DNA of 63,946 bases, filler included, from Vicugna vicugna (taxonomy: Eukaryota): the NCBI GenBank assembly GCA_013265495.1. It is 75 parts of 73 records of this genome, joined end to end, with 100 filler letters (N's around TTAATTAATTAA, not from the genome) between each part and the next. Parts side by side here need not be neighbours in the genome. Positions count along the whole stretch, not along the records: positions 24,938 to 25,500 come from MU060381.1; positions 25,601 to 26,010 come from PNXW01014064.1; positions 26,111 to 26,815 come from PNXW01014068.1; positions 26,916 to 28,004 come from MU060384.1; positions 28,105 to 28,758 come from MU060386.1; positions 28,859 to 29,587 come from MU060387.1; positions 29,688 to 30,165 come from PNXW01014081.1; positions 30,266 to 30,781 come from MU060390.1; 67 more parts are not named here. One strand, written 5' to 3'. Both the position numbers and the translations under genes were made by a program. The notes beneath the pieces were generated by a model. The model was not told the DNA's origin. It saw only the letters and a program-made list of their open reading frames with translations, and searched no databases. Every line of letters starts with the position of its first letter. Position 1 is the stretch's first letter. This document shows positions 24,938-36,326 of the stretch, one piece after another.

Positions 24938-25500
24938 ATCCCCATCTGACATTAAAGCACCATTGGATCTGCTGGGTCATACAGTCCAAGTAGCTGAGTC
25001 ATTTCTGCAGAGGCCTGGACTTGCAGAATCTTCTCTTGTTCTGGGCATATTCAGAACTTGCTGTTTTTCCAAATCACTTGGTGAATGGACCAGACTAGCA
25101 TACCCCAAATCCAAAGCTGCCTCACCAGTCTAGAGTCCTACCAAGTGATGTGTCTCTCTTTTTGGAGACTGAAGCAAGTCCTTCTTATCATAATAGCTCT
25201 CATTCCAAGGGTCAGGTCTCTTATATGGGGATTCTGCCATTTGTTGAGTATAGATATTTCAATTATGCATTGGAAGCAGGGGTTATAAGCCATAGGATAC
25301 ATTTTGGAATGAATAGTTCTAGTGTGAGATGGACCTGAGCTAAAATTCCATTGATTGTCTGACCTCCAGCAGCCCACAGTGATTGGTGGATGGCAGTAAC
25401 TTTTCAGATTGTCAGAAATTAGCATCAGTTCAGAGCCAATGTCCAGTAATCCATGGAAGTTTGATTATTTCCTGTTTCCCAAGACATCATAACCTGGTAA
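24938..25500 (-). mobile_element. ERVL/MaLR internal fragment (protease region joined to post-RT region)
   Basis: Minus strand: ttactggacattggctctgaactgatgc (degenerate LLDTGSELT protease site), CIIEISILNKWQNPHI, then ccagaacaagagaagattctgcaagtccagg...atgacccagcagatccaatggtgc, typical of class III ERV pol. Confidence 0.85.
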
Positions 25501-25600
25501 NNNNNNNNNNNNNNNNNNNNNNNNNNNNNNNNNNNNNNNNNNNNTTAATTAATTAANNNNNNNNNNNNNNNNNNNNNNNNNNNNNNNNNNNNNNNNNNNN

Positions 25601-26010
25601 GGAACCATTGTCAGTGCGTGGTTGAGCTCGAGAGACAACTCCACGTACCTCTCTTCAATCACTGGTGTTCCCTGTTCGGGGTAGTCCGAGAAATACCTTC
25701 CCTGAACTTGGGGAGTCAGCCTCTGACACTGGTATATCCTGCAATCACCCCTAGCATTCCCTGGCACAGATACATTAGGAAAAATCTCAGGGGAGACGAG
25801 CTTAGGCTTTCCGTTTGGACCCACGCGCTGCCGACCGTTGGTGGAACCTCCCCACGCTCAGGATTCCGGAACCATTGTCAGTGTGTGGGGGAGCTCGAGA
25901 GACAACTTAGCAGCTCTCTTCAGTCACAGGTGTTCCCTGTTGGGGAAGTCCGAGAAATACTTTGGCTGACCTTGTGGAGGCAGCCTCTGACACTGGGATA
26001 TCCTGCAAAA
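25601..26010 (+). repeat. Satellite family A
   Basis: A monomers. Confidence 0.95.
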
Positions 26011-26110
26011 NNNNNNNNNNNNNNNNNNNNNNNNNNNNNNNNNNNNNNNNNNNNTTAATTAATTAANNNNNNNNNNNNNNNNNNNNNNNNNNNNNNNNNN
26101 NNNNNNNNNN

Positions 26111-26815
26111 GACAACTCCACGCAGCTCTCTTCAGTCACAGGTGTTCGTTGTTCGAGGAAGTCCGATAAATACCTTCCCTGAACTTTGGGAGGCAGCCTC
26201 TGTCACTGGGATATCCTGCAAACCCCCCTAGCATTCCCTGGCACAGAGATATTAAGAAAACCCTCATGGGAGGCGAGCTTAGGCTTTCCGTTAGAACCCA
26301 CGCACTGCCGACCGGTGGTGGAACCTCCCCACGCTCAGGATTCAGGAACCATTTTCAGTGCGTGGGGGAGCTCGAGAGACGACTCCACGCAGCTCTCTTC
26401 AGTCACAGGTGTTCCCTGTTCGGGGAAGTCCGAGAAATACCTTCCCTGACCTTGGGGAGGCAGCCTCAGTCACTGGGATATCCTGACTGGCAAAGAGACA
26501 TTAAGAAAACCCTCATGGGAGACGAGCTTAGGCATTCCGTTAGAACCCACGCGCTGACGACCGTTGGTGGAACCTCCCCAAGCTCAGGATTCCGGACCAT
26601 TGTCAGTGCGTGGGGGAGCTCGAGAGACAACTCCACGCAGCTCTCTTCATTCACAGGTGTTCCCTGTTCGGGGAAGTCCGAGAAATATTTTCCCTGAACT
26701 TGAGGAGGCATTCTCAGACACTGGGATATCCTGCAAACCCCCCTAGCATTCCCTTGCACAGAGACATTCCGAAAACCCACAGGGAAGACGAGCTTAGGCA
26801 TTCCGTTAGAACCCA
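26111..26815 (+). repeat. Satellite family A (one monomer with net 18-bp deletion near 26487)
   Basis: A monomers; tatcctgactggca versus consensus tatcctgcaaacccccctagcattccctggca. Confidence 0.95.
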
Positions 26816-26915
26816 NNNNNNNNNNNNNNNNNNNNNNNNNNNNNNNNNNNNNNNNNNNNTTAATTAATTAANNNNNNNNNNNNNNNNNNNNNNNNNNNNN
26901 NNNNNNNNNNNNNNN

Positions 26916-28004
26916 ACCGTTGGTGGAACCTCCCCACGCTCAGGATTCCGGAAAAATTCTAAGTGCGTGTGGTAGCTCGGGAGACAACTCCACGCAGCTC
27001 TCTTCAGTCTCAGGTGTTCCCTGTTCGGGGAAGTCCGAGAAATACCTACCCTGACNNNNNNNNNNNNNNNNNNNNNNNNNNNNNNNNNNNNNNNNNNNNN
27101 NNNNNNNNNNNNNNNNNNNNNNNNNNNNNNNNNNNNNNNNNNNNNNNNNNNNNNNNNNNNNNNNNNNNNNNNNNNNNNNNNNNNNNNNNNNNNNNNNNNN
27201 NNNNNNNNNNNNNNNNNNNNNNNNNNNNNNNNNNNNNNNNNNNNNNNNNNNNNNNNNNNNNNNNNNNNNNNNNNNNNNNNNNNNNNNNNNNNNNNNNNNN
27301 NNNNNNNNNNNNNNNNNNNNNNNNNNNNNNNNNNNNNNNNNNNNNNNNNNNNNNNNNNNNNNNNNNNNNNNNNNNNNNNNNNNNNNNNNNNNNNNNNNNN
27401 NNNNNNNNNNNNNNNNNNNNNNNNNNNNNNNNNNNNNNNNNNNNNNNNNTGGTGGAACCTCCCCACGCTCAGGATTCCGGAACCATTGTCAGTGCGTGGG
27501 GGAGCTCGAGAGACAACTCCACGCAGATCTCTTCAGTCACAGGTGTTCCCTGTTCGGGGAAGTCCGTGAAAACTTTCCCTGTATTTGGGGAGGTAGCCTC
27601 TGTCACTGGGATATCCTGCAAACCCCCCTCGCATTCCCTGGCACAGCGACATTAGGAAAACCCTCAGGGGAGACGAGCTTAGGCTTTCCGTTCGAACCCA
27701 CGCGCTGCCGATCTTTGGTGGAACCTCCCCACGCTCAGGAATCCGGAAACATTGTCAGTGCGTGGGGGAGCTCGAGAGACAACTCCACGCAGATCTCTTC
27801 AGTCACAGGTGTTCCCTGTTCGGGGAAGTCTGAGAAATAACTTTCCTGACCTTGGGGAGGCAGCCTCTGACACTGGGATATCCTGCAAACCCGCCTAGCA
27901 TTCCCTGGCACAGAGACATTAGGAAAACCCTCAGGTTGACGAGCTTTTGCTTTCCGTTCGAACCCACGCGCTGCCGATCTTTGGTGGAACCTCCCCACGC
28001 TCAG
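26916..28004 (+). repeat. Satellite family A
   Basis: A monomers with locally shared variants (gcagatct, ttcgaacc, gatctttgg) in adjacent copies. Confidence 0.95.
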
Positions 28005-28264
28005 NNNNNNNNNNNNNNNNNNNNNNNNNNNNNNNNNNNNNNNNNNNNTTAATTAATTAANNNNNNNNNNNNNNNNNNNNNNNNNNNNNNNNNNNNNNNN
28101 NNNNGGACTACACGAGGCCTGGAGTTCTTCCAAATACAGATCTCTATTACCCCATGTGAAAACCACATAAAGACCACCAGAAGAAAAGTGCCCACAGATA
28201 AGATGGAATTACTGAAACTGAAAGCAGCCAAAGAGCATATATTACTAGGAAAAACAGTGCTCCT

Positions 28265-28560
28265 AGAAATGGACTCATGGACATAGAAACCTGTGGTTAG
28301 CAGGCAGGAAAGGGAGGATTAACAGATACACAGTAATAAATATAAAATAAATGACAAGGACCTACTATATAGCACAGCGAACTNNNNNNNNNNNNNNNNN
28401 NNNNNNNNNNNNNNNNNNNNNNNNNNNNNNNNNNNNNNNNNNNNNNNNNNNNNNNNATATGCATATTAACTGAATCTATGCTGTACACCTGAAACTAACA
28501 TTGTAAATTGACTACACTTCAAAAAAAATTAATTTAAAAGAATAAGTAAAAATAAAATCA
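28265..28560 (+). mobile_element. LINE-1 3' end
   Basis: gaaatggactcatggacatagaaac...acaaggacctactatatagcacag...ctgtacacctgaaactaacattgtaaattgactacacttcaaaaaaaa. Confidence 0.85.
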
Positions 28561-28858
28561 CTGCCATTAAGACAAAATAAAAGAACACTCAAATCCCCTT
28601 AGCTGTAGGTGGTGCAGATTTCTGGTTGCAAGCACCAACTCCACTGGATCACTCCAGCATTGGCTCTCACTCTTTCTGACCATCAGAGAATCACTTGGGT
28701 TGACTGAGGTTAATTTTCTTTTCTGTGAATTGTTACAGTTGCAACTAACGATGTATAGNNNNNNNNNNNNNNNNNNNNNNNNNNNNNNNNNNNNNNNNNN
28801 NNTTAATTAATTAANNNNNNNNNNNNNNNNNNNNNNNNNNNNNNNNNNNNNNNNNNNN

Positions 28859-29587
28859 AGGGAATGCTAGGGTTGATTGCAGGATATCCCACTGTCAGAG
28901 GCTACCTCCCCAAGGACAGGGAAGTTTTTTCTCGGTCTTCCCCAAACAGGGAACACCTGTGACTGAAGAGAGCTGCGTGGAGTTGTCTCTCGAGCTCCCC
29001 CACGCACTGACAATGGTTCCGGAATCCTGAGCGTGGGGAGGTTCCACCAACGGTCGACAGCGCGTGNNNNNNNNNNNNNNNNNNNNNNNNNNNNNNNNNN
29101 NNNNNNNNNNNNNNNNNNNNNNNNNNNNNNNNNNNNNNNNNNNNNNNNNNNNNNNNNNNNNNNNNNNNNNNNNNNNNNATTTCTCGGACTTCCCCAAACA
29201 GGGAACACCTGTGACTGAAGAGAGCTGCGAGGAGTTGTCTCTCGAGCTCCCCCACGCACTGAAAATGTTTCAGGAATCCTGAGCGTCATGAGGTTCCACC
29301 AACCGTTTGTAGCGCGTGGGTTCTAACGGAATGCCTAAGCTCGACTCTCCTGAGGGTTTTCCTAATGTCTCTGTGCCAAGGAATGCTAGGGGGGTTTGCA
29401 GGATATCCCACTGACAGNNNNNNNNNNNNNNNTATTTCTCGGCCTTCCCCAAACAGGGAACACCTGTGACTGAAGAGAGCTGCGTGGAGTTGTCTCTCGA
29501 GCTCCCCCACGCCGTTACAATGTTTCCGGAATCCTCAGCGTCGGGAGGATCCACAAACGGTCGGCAGCGCGTGGGTTCTAACGGAAT
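28859..29587 (-). repeat. Satellite family A
   Basis: Reverse-complement A monomers. Confidence 0.95.
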
Positions 29588-29687
29588 NNNNNNNNNNNNN
29601 NNNNNNNNNNNNNNNNNNNNNNNNNNNNNNNTTAATTAATTAANNNNNNNNNNNNNNNNNNNNNNNNNNNNNNNNNNNNNNNNNNNN

Positions 29688-30165
29688 CTTTGTTCTCTGC
29701 CACTACCATATTCTTTTTATTACTGTAGCTTTGTATTATAGATTTAAATCAGGGAAAGTGATACATCCACTTTGTTCTTTGTCAAATATGTTTGTGTTTA
29801 TTCTTTGTTTTCTTGTCTTTCTTTTTTTTAGTGATTTCAACCCTTTTGCGTTTACATGTAAATTTTAGAATTATTTATTTTAAATTCTGAAAATGCCCTT
29901 GGTATTTTGATAGGCACTGAATTTAATTAATGTAATTTCTTGGCTAGTCCTGTCATTTAAACAATATTATTTTTCTCATCAATTAACACAGCATATTCTT
30001 TCATCTGTTTGCATTATGTTCAATTTCTGTTTTAAATATTTTACAGTTTTTTGTGTATAGTTCTTTTACTTCTTTGGTTGGATATATTTGTAGATTTTTT
30101 TTTTTTTAGTAATGCAACTCTAAATGATACAGTTCCCTCACTTTCTCTATCTGTTAGCTTGTTGT
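29688..30165 (-). mobile_element. LINE-1 ORF2 fragment
   Basis: ttattactgtagctttgtattatagatttaaatcagggaaagtgatacatccactttgttcttt is typical antisense L1 ORF2. Confidence 0.85.
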
Positions 30166-30265
30166 NNNNNNNNNNNNNNNNNNNNNNNNNNNNNNNNNNN
30201 NNNNNNNNNTTAATTAATTAANNNNNNNNNNNNNNNNNNNNNNNNNNNNNNNNNNNNNNNNNNNN

Positions 30266-30781
30266 TTCTGTATTCTGATTTCCATATTCTATATTCTTTG
30301 TTCTATATTCTATATTCTGCATTCTATATTTTGCATTCCCTATTCTATATTCTATATTCTGTGTTCTACATTCTATATTTTAAGTTGTATACTCTGGATT
30401 CTGTATTCTATATTCTAAATTCTGTGTTTGCATTCCATGTTCTAAATTCTGGGTTCTATATTCTCTATTCTACATTCTATATTCTGTGTTCTACATTCTA
30501 TATTCTAAATTNNNNNNNNNNNNNNNNNNNNNNNNNNNNNNNNNNNNNNNNNNNNNNNNNNNNNNNNNNNNNNNNNNNNNNNNNNNNNNNNNNNNNNNNN
30601 NNNNNNNNNNNNNNNNNNNNNNNNNNNNNNNNNNNNNNNNNNNNNNNNNNNNNNNNNNNNNNNTCTATATTCTCTCTGTTCTACATTCTATATTCAAAAT
30701 TGTATATTCTGGATTCTTTATTCTATATTATATTTGTGTGTTTTCTTTCCATGTTCTAAATTCTGGATTCTATATTCTCTA
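30266..30781. repeat. Satellite family E, T-rich strand
   Basis: TATTCTA heptamers. Confidence 0.92.
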
Positions 30782-30881
30782 NNNNNNNNNNNNNNNNNNN
30801 NNNNNNNNNNNNNNNNNNNNNNNNNTTAATTAATTAANNNNNNNNNNNNNNNNNNNNNNNNNNNNNNNNNNNNNNNNNNNN

Positions 30882-31175
30882 GCCACATGACCACCATTTC
30901 TAATAACAGCAGAGCTAGAGAATGCCCCAGGCCTGAAAAACTTAAAAGAATTCAGCAGTTCGAAACTTATCCTAAAAGAAAGGTTGAGAATTCTCCCCTG
31001 AAGGGATAAGCAGCAAGATGAAATGGAAAGAAGTAAACCCTTATTGGAAATGCAAGAAGAGCATGAGTGGAAAAGAAGAAACAAGAAGAAGGCAAGGAGG
31101 ACATCAAAACCCTAAAGATGGGAGAGGGAAGCAGGAAATCATAGGGGATTGGAAGCACTATCTTAAGGGAGTCAG
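30882..31175 (+). mobile_element. Probable LINE-1 ORF1 C-terminal end and inter-ORF region
   Basis: aacttaaaagaattcagcagttcgaaacttatcctaaaagaaaggttgagaattctcccctga reads NLKEFSSSKLILKERLRILP*, similar to the L1 ORF1 end KLKEFxTTKPxLQExLKGLL*. Confidence 0.55.
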
Positions 31176-33140
31176 NNNNNNNNNNNNNNNNNNNNNNNNN
31201 NNNNNNNNNNNNNNNNNNNNNNNNNNNNNNNNNNNNNNNNNNNNNNNNNNNNNNNNNNNNNNNNNNNNNNNNNNNNNNNNNNNNNNNNNNNNNNNNNNNN
31301 NNNNNNNNNNNNNNNNNNNNNNNNNNNNNNNNNNNNNNNNNNNNNNNNNNNNNNNNNNNNNNNNNNNNNNNNNNNNNNNNNNNNNNNNNNNNNNNNNNNN
31401 NNNNNNNNNNNNNNNNNNNNNNNNNNNNNNNNNNNNNNNNNNNNNNNNNNNNNNNNNNNNNNNNNNNNNNNNNNNNNNNNNNNNNNNNNNNNNNNNNNNN
31501 NNNNNNNNNNNNNNNNNNNNNNNNNNNNNNNNNNNNNNNNNNNNNNNNNNNNNNNNNNNNNNNNNNNNNNNNNNNNNNNNNNNNNNNNNNNNNNNNNNNN
31601 NNNNNNNNNNNNNNNNNNNNNNNNNNNNNNNNNNNNNNNNNNNNNNNNNNNNNNNNNNNNNNNNNNNNNNNNNNNNNNNNNNNNNNNNNNNNNNNNNNNN
31701 NNNNNNNNNNNNNNNNNNNNNNNNNNNNNNNNNNNNNNNNNNNNNNNNNNNNNNNNNNNNNNNNNNNNNNNNNNNNNNNNNNNNNNNNNNNNNNNNNNNN
31801 NNAACTGTTAGAAAGTTTTAAGACGTGTGAAAATTTCAACTGAAAATGTACACACTTCCCTCCGTTGCTACAGTGCATACAGATCTGAACAAAAGGAAAT
31901 AGGGAAGAACAAAGGCCCATGGAACGCTAGTGGGTAGAATCACATATACCTTAGGAACCTCTCATCGGATGCAGCCCCCGCCAACACTGACAAGATGCAG
32001 CAGCCATTGGGGATGGCAGTTANNNNNNNNNNNNNNNNNNNNNNNNNNNNNNNNNNNNNNNNNNNNTTAATTAATTAANNNNNNNNNNNNNNNNNNNNNN
32101 NNNNNNNNNNNNNNNNNNNNNNCTAAATAAAGAAGCTGAAATTAGTTGGGAATGTTCTTCTGTTAGTGTTAAAAAACTGGGATTTTATTTTGTTCTAAGT
32201 AGGAGACAGTAGACTTTGTTTTGCATTGTTTTATGTTTTAAAAAAGAGGCATAGATTTTCTTTGGAGAAGGGTCACATGTGGTCCATGGTACCTGTTGCC
32301 AGGGTAACCATGTCCTCTGTCTATACACATCAAGGCCAGTTATTTCATTCAGTGACAATCAGACTATCAGGTCAAAGGAAACAGAAAATGCAAATCATGN
32401 NNNNNNNNNNNNNNNNNNNNNNNNNNNNNNNNNNNNNNNNNNNNNNNNNNNNNNNNNNNNNNNNNNNNNNNNNNNNNNNNNNNNNNNNNNNNNNNNNNNN
32501 NNNNNNNNNNNNNNNNNNNNNNNNNNNNNNNNNNNNNNNNNNNNNNNNNNNNNNNTTCTCTACTTATTGAACTTGGAAAGGAGATTTGAGGACAAAATGT
32601 TCTTTAATAAAATTAGAACTTCTCTCTTCTGAGAGTCATACAACATTTATCCAAAACTCTATAAAAATATTACCCCCTTTAGCTTATGGAGCATTTCTGA
32701 ATAGGTTCTTTTTGTTTAGTGCCCAATGATCCTGAATTTAGATGCTGTGTTTAAAAACTGTTTGCTGAAGGAAGGCTATAATTAATATAAGGAATACTGA
32801 ATTCCACGTTGAGAATGGTGAGTTATTGGTTGACTATTTACATGAAGAACGAAAATAGAACTTGTTGCAGAAGACTGTAGTTCGATACATTCCTTAGTGT
32901 AGGTTTTTACAGTGAGAGGCACAAAATGTAAATATGCAAGCGAGCGCTCATGTATTTACTAAAAAGCGAAATTAATTTTGTTGTTTAATGAACCATATAT
33001 TCTTATTATTTACTTTTTATTATAAAATTCCAAACCCATTNNNNNNNNNNNNNNNNNNNNNNNNNNNNNNNNNNNNNNNNNNNNTTAATTAATTAANNNN
33101 NNNNNNNNNNNNNNNNNNNNNNNNNNNNNNNNNNNNNNNN

Positions 33141-34910
33141 GTTAAAACCCACATCCCATGGATAGGCTCTCGCTAATACTTGGTTAGGGCCCAAGCCCCA
33201 ATTTCCCCCACTCTCCAGCCTAGGAATGCCATCAGGGAAGACAAGCTTAGGGATTCTATTAGAACCCAGGCACTGCTGTCATTTGGAGGAGCCTCCCCAC
33301 AATCAGGATACCTGAGCACGTCTCCGTGTGTGTGCTGGATGTGGGGAAAAAAGTAGTTTAAAACCCTCCACTACCCACAGAGATGCACTCGCTAATACTT
33401 GGCTTTAGAAGCCCATCCCCACCATCGCTTACTGCTAGGCCTAGGAAAACACTTAGGGAAGTCAAGCTAAGGGATTCTATTAAAACCCAAGTGCTGCTGT
33501 CTTTTTGTGGAACCTCCCCAAACTCAGAACCCCAGAACATTTCTTCCTGTGTGTGCTGGACGTGGGGAAAGAGCACACACATTTTTCAGGGGTCACAGTA
33601 ATTCCCAAGTTGTGGGTTGTAATTTAAACATCTCCACTACCCATGGAGAGGCACACGCTAATACTTAGTTTTAGATCCCAAATCCCACTTTCAACCACAC
33701 ACTGGCCTAGGCAAACCATCAGGGAAGACAAGCAAAGGGATTCTATTAAAACCAAGACGCTGATGTCAGTTGGAGGAACTACCCCACCCTCAGNNNNNNN
33801 NNNNNNNNNNNNNNNNNNNNNNNNNNNNNNNNNNNNNNNNNNNNNNNNNNNNNNNNNNNNNNNNNNNNNNNNNNNNNNNNNNNNNNNNNNNNNNNNNNNN
33901 NNNNNNNNNNNNNNNNNNNNNNNNNNNNNNNNNNNNNNNNNNNNNNNNNNNNNNNNNNNNNNNNNNNNNNNNNNNNNNNNNNNNNNNNNNNNNNNNNNNN
34001 NNNNNNNNNNNNNNNNNNNNNNNNNNNNNNNNNNNNNNNNNNNNNNNNNNNNNNNNNNNNNNNNNNNNNNNNNNNNNNNNNNNNNNNNNNNNNNNNNNNN
34101 NNNNNNNNNNNNNNNNNNNNNNNNNNNNNNNNNNNNNNNNNNNNNNNNNNNNNNNNNNNNNNNNNNNNNNNNNNNNNNNNNNNNNNNNNNNNNNNNNNNN
34201 NNNNNNNNNNNNNNNNNNNNNNNNNNNNNNNNNNNNNNNNNNNNNNNNNNNNNNNNNNNNNNNNNNNNNNNNNNNNNNNNNNNNNNNNNNNNNNNNNNNN
34301 NNNNNNNNNNNNNNNNNNNNNNNNNNNNNNNNNNNNNNNNNNNNNNNNNNNNNNNNNNNNNNNNNNNNNNNNNNNNNNNNNNNNNNNNNNNNNNNNNNNN
34401 NNNNNNNNNNNNNNNNNNNNNNNNNNNNNNNNNNNNNNNNNNNNNNNNNNNNNNNNNNNNNNNNNNNNNNNNNNNNNNNNNNNNNNNNNNNNNNNNNNNN
34501 NNNNNNNNNNNNNNNNNNNNNNNNNNNNNNNNNNNNNNNNNNNNNNNNNNNNNNNNNNNNNNNNNNNNNNNNNNNNNNNNNNNNNNNNNNNNNNNNNNNN
34601 NNNNNNNNNCAGGCGCTGCTCTCAGTTGGAGGTACTTCCCTGCACTCAGAATTCCAGAACACATTCTTAGGTGTGGGAGAGATGTGCATCCACACTGCAC
34701 CCAGATGAATGGAGGAAAAGGTGTTCCGTTTAGGGAGAAGTCCTCTAAGTACTTCCTCAGTGGTTCAGGGGGCACTCACTGCTACTTGGCTTCCAAGCCC
34801 AACCCCCAGCTTTCCCTCATGGCCTGGCCTAAAGGAACACTCAGGGAAAAGAAGCTGTGTGATAATAATAGAACCCAGGTGCTGTTGTCAGTTTGAGGAA
34901 ACTCCCCACA
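33141..34910 (+). repeat. Satellite family D (D1-D2-D3, then further monomer types after a gap)
   Basis: Same monomer order as 60481-61066. Confidence 0.93.
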
Positions 34911-35010
34911 NNNNNNNNNNNNNNNNNNNNNNNNNNNNNNNNNNNNNNNNNNNNTTAATTAATTAANNNNNNNNNNNNNNNNNNNNNNNNNNNNNNNNNN
35001 NNNNNNNNNN

Positions 35011-35718
35011 TGCGTGGGGAGGTTCCCCCAACTGTCGGCAGCGCGTCGGTTCTAATGGAATGCCTTAGCTCTTCTCCCCTGAGTGTTTTCCAAATTTCTC
35101 TGTGCCAGGGAATGCTAGGGGTGATTGCAGGGTATCCCAGTGTCAGAGGCTGCCTCCCCAAGTTCAGGGAAGTTATTTCTCGGACTTCCCCGTACAGGGA
35201 ACACCTGTGACTGAAGAGAGCTGCGTGGAGATGTCTCTCGATCTCCCCCACGCACTGACAATGTTTCCGGAATCCTGTGCGTGGGGAGGTTCCCCCAACT
35301 GTCGGCAGCACTTCGGTTCTAACGGAATGCCTAAGATCGTCTCCCCTGAGATTTTTCCTAGTGTCACTGTATCAGGAAATGCTAGGGGTGATTGCAGAAT
35401 ATCCCAGGGTCATAGACTGACTCCCCAAGGTCAGGGAAGGAATTTCTCGGGCTTCCGTGAACAGGGAACACCTGTGACTGAAGAGAGCTGCGTGGAGTTG
35501 TCTCTCGAGCTCCACCACGCACTGACAATGGTTCCGGAATCCTGAGCGTGGGGAGGTTCCACCNNNNNNNNNNNNNNNNNNNNNNNNNNNNNNNNNNNNN
35601 NNNNNNNNNNNNNNNNNNNNNAATGCTAGGGGTGATTGCAGGTTTACCCAGTGTCATAGGCTGACTCCCCAGGTTCAGGGAATGAATTTCTCGGGCTTCC
35701 CCGAACAGGGAACACCTG
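35011..35718 (-). repeat. Satellite family A
   Basis: Reverse-complement A monomers. Confidence 0.95.
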
Positions 35719-35818
35719 NNNNNNNNNNNNNNNNNNNNNNNNNNNNNNNNNNNNNNNNNNNNTTAATTAATTAANNNNNNNNNNNNNNNNNNNNNNNNNN
35801 NNNNNNNNNNNNNNNNNN

Positions 35819-36326
35819 CTAGTTTGTTTTCTACATCTGTGAGTCTGTTTCCATTTTGCATATACACTCAATTTGTACTATTTTTCACATCCCGCAGATA
35901 AATGATCTCACACAGTACTTTCTTTCTCGGTCTGACTTATTTCACTAAGCATACTATTTTCTAGGCCCACCCACATTGCTGCAAATGGCAGAGTTTCAGC
36001 CTTTTATAGGACTAATTAATATTACTTTATGTATATATTTACATGTACATACACCACGTCTTCTCTATCAATTCAGGTGTTGATACGGACTTGTGTTGCT
36101 TCCATGTCTTGGCTATTGTAAATAGTGTTGCTACAAACATTGGGGTGCAGGTGTCTTTTCAAATTAGTGTTTTTGATTTTTCAGATACAAACACAGGAAT
36201 CAAATTGCTGGATCGTATAAGGAATCAAAGGATCGTATGATGGCTTTAGTTTTGTGAGCAACCCCTATACTGTTTTTCATAGTGGCTATGTAATTTACAT
36301 TCCCACCAACAGGGTACAAGGGTTCA
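35819..36326 (-). mobile_element. LINE-1 ORF2 C-terminal end / 3'UTR fragment
   Basis: tctgacttatttcactaagcata...gttgcttccatgtcttggctattgtaaatagtgttgct...aatttacattcccaccaacagggtacaagggttc. Confidence 0.9.

Noticed and set aside
25618..27840. Repeated MGELERQLHAALFSHR-type ORFs as a multigene family
   Set aside because: Translations of satellite A monomers with alternative starts; ORFs occur in several frames and both strands, and copies contain frameshifts
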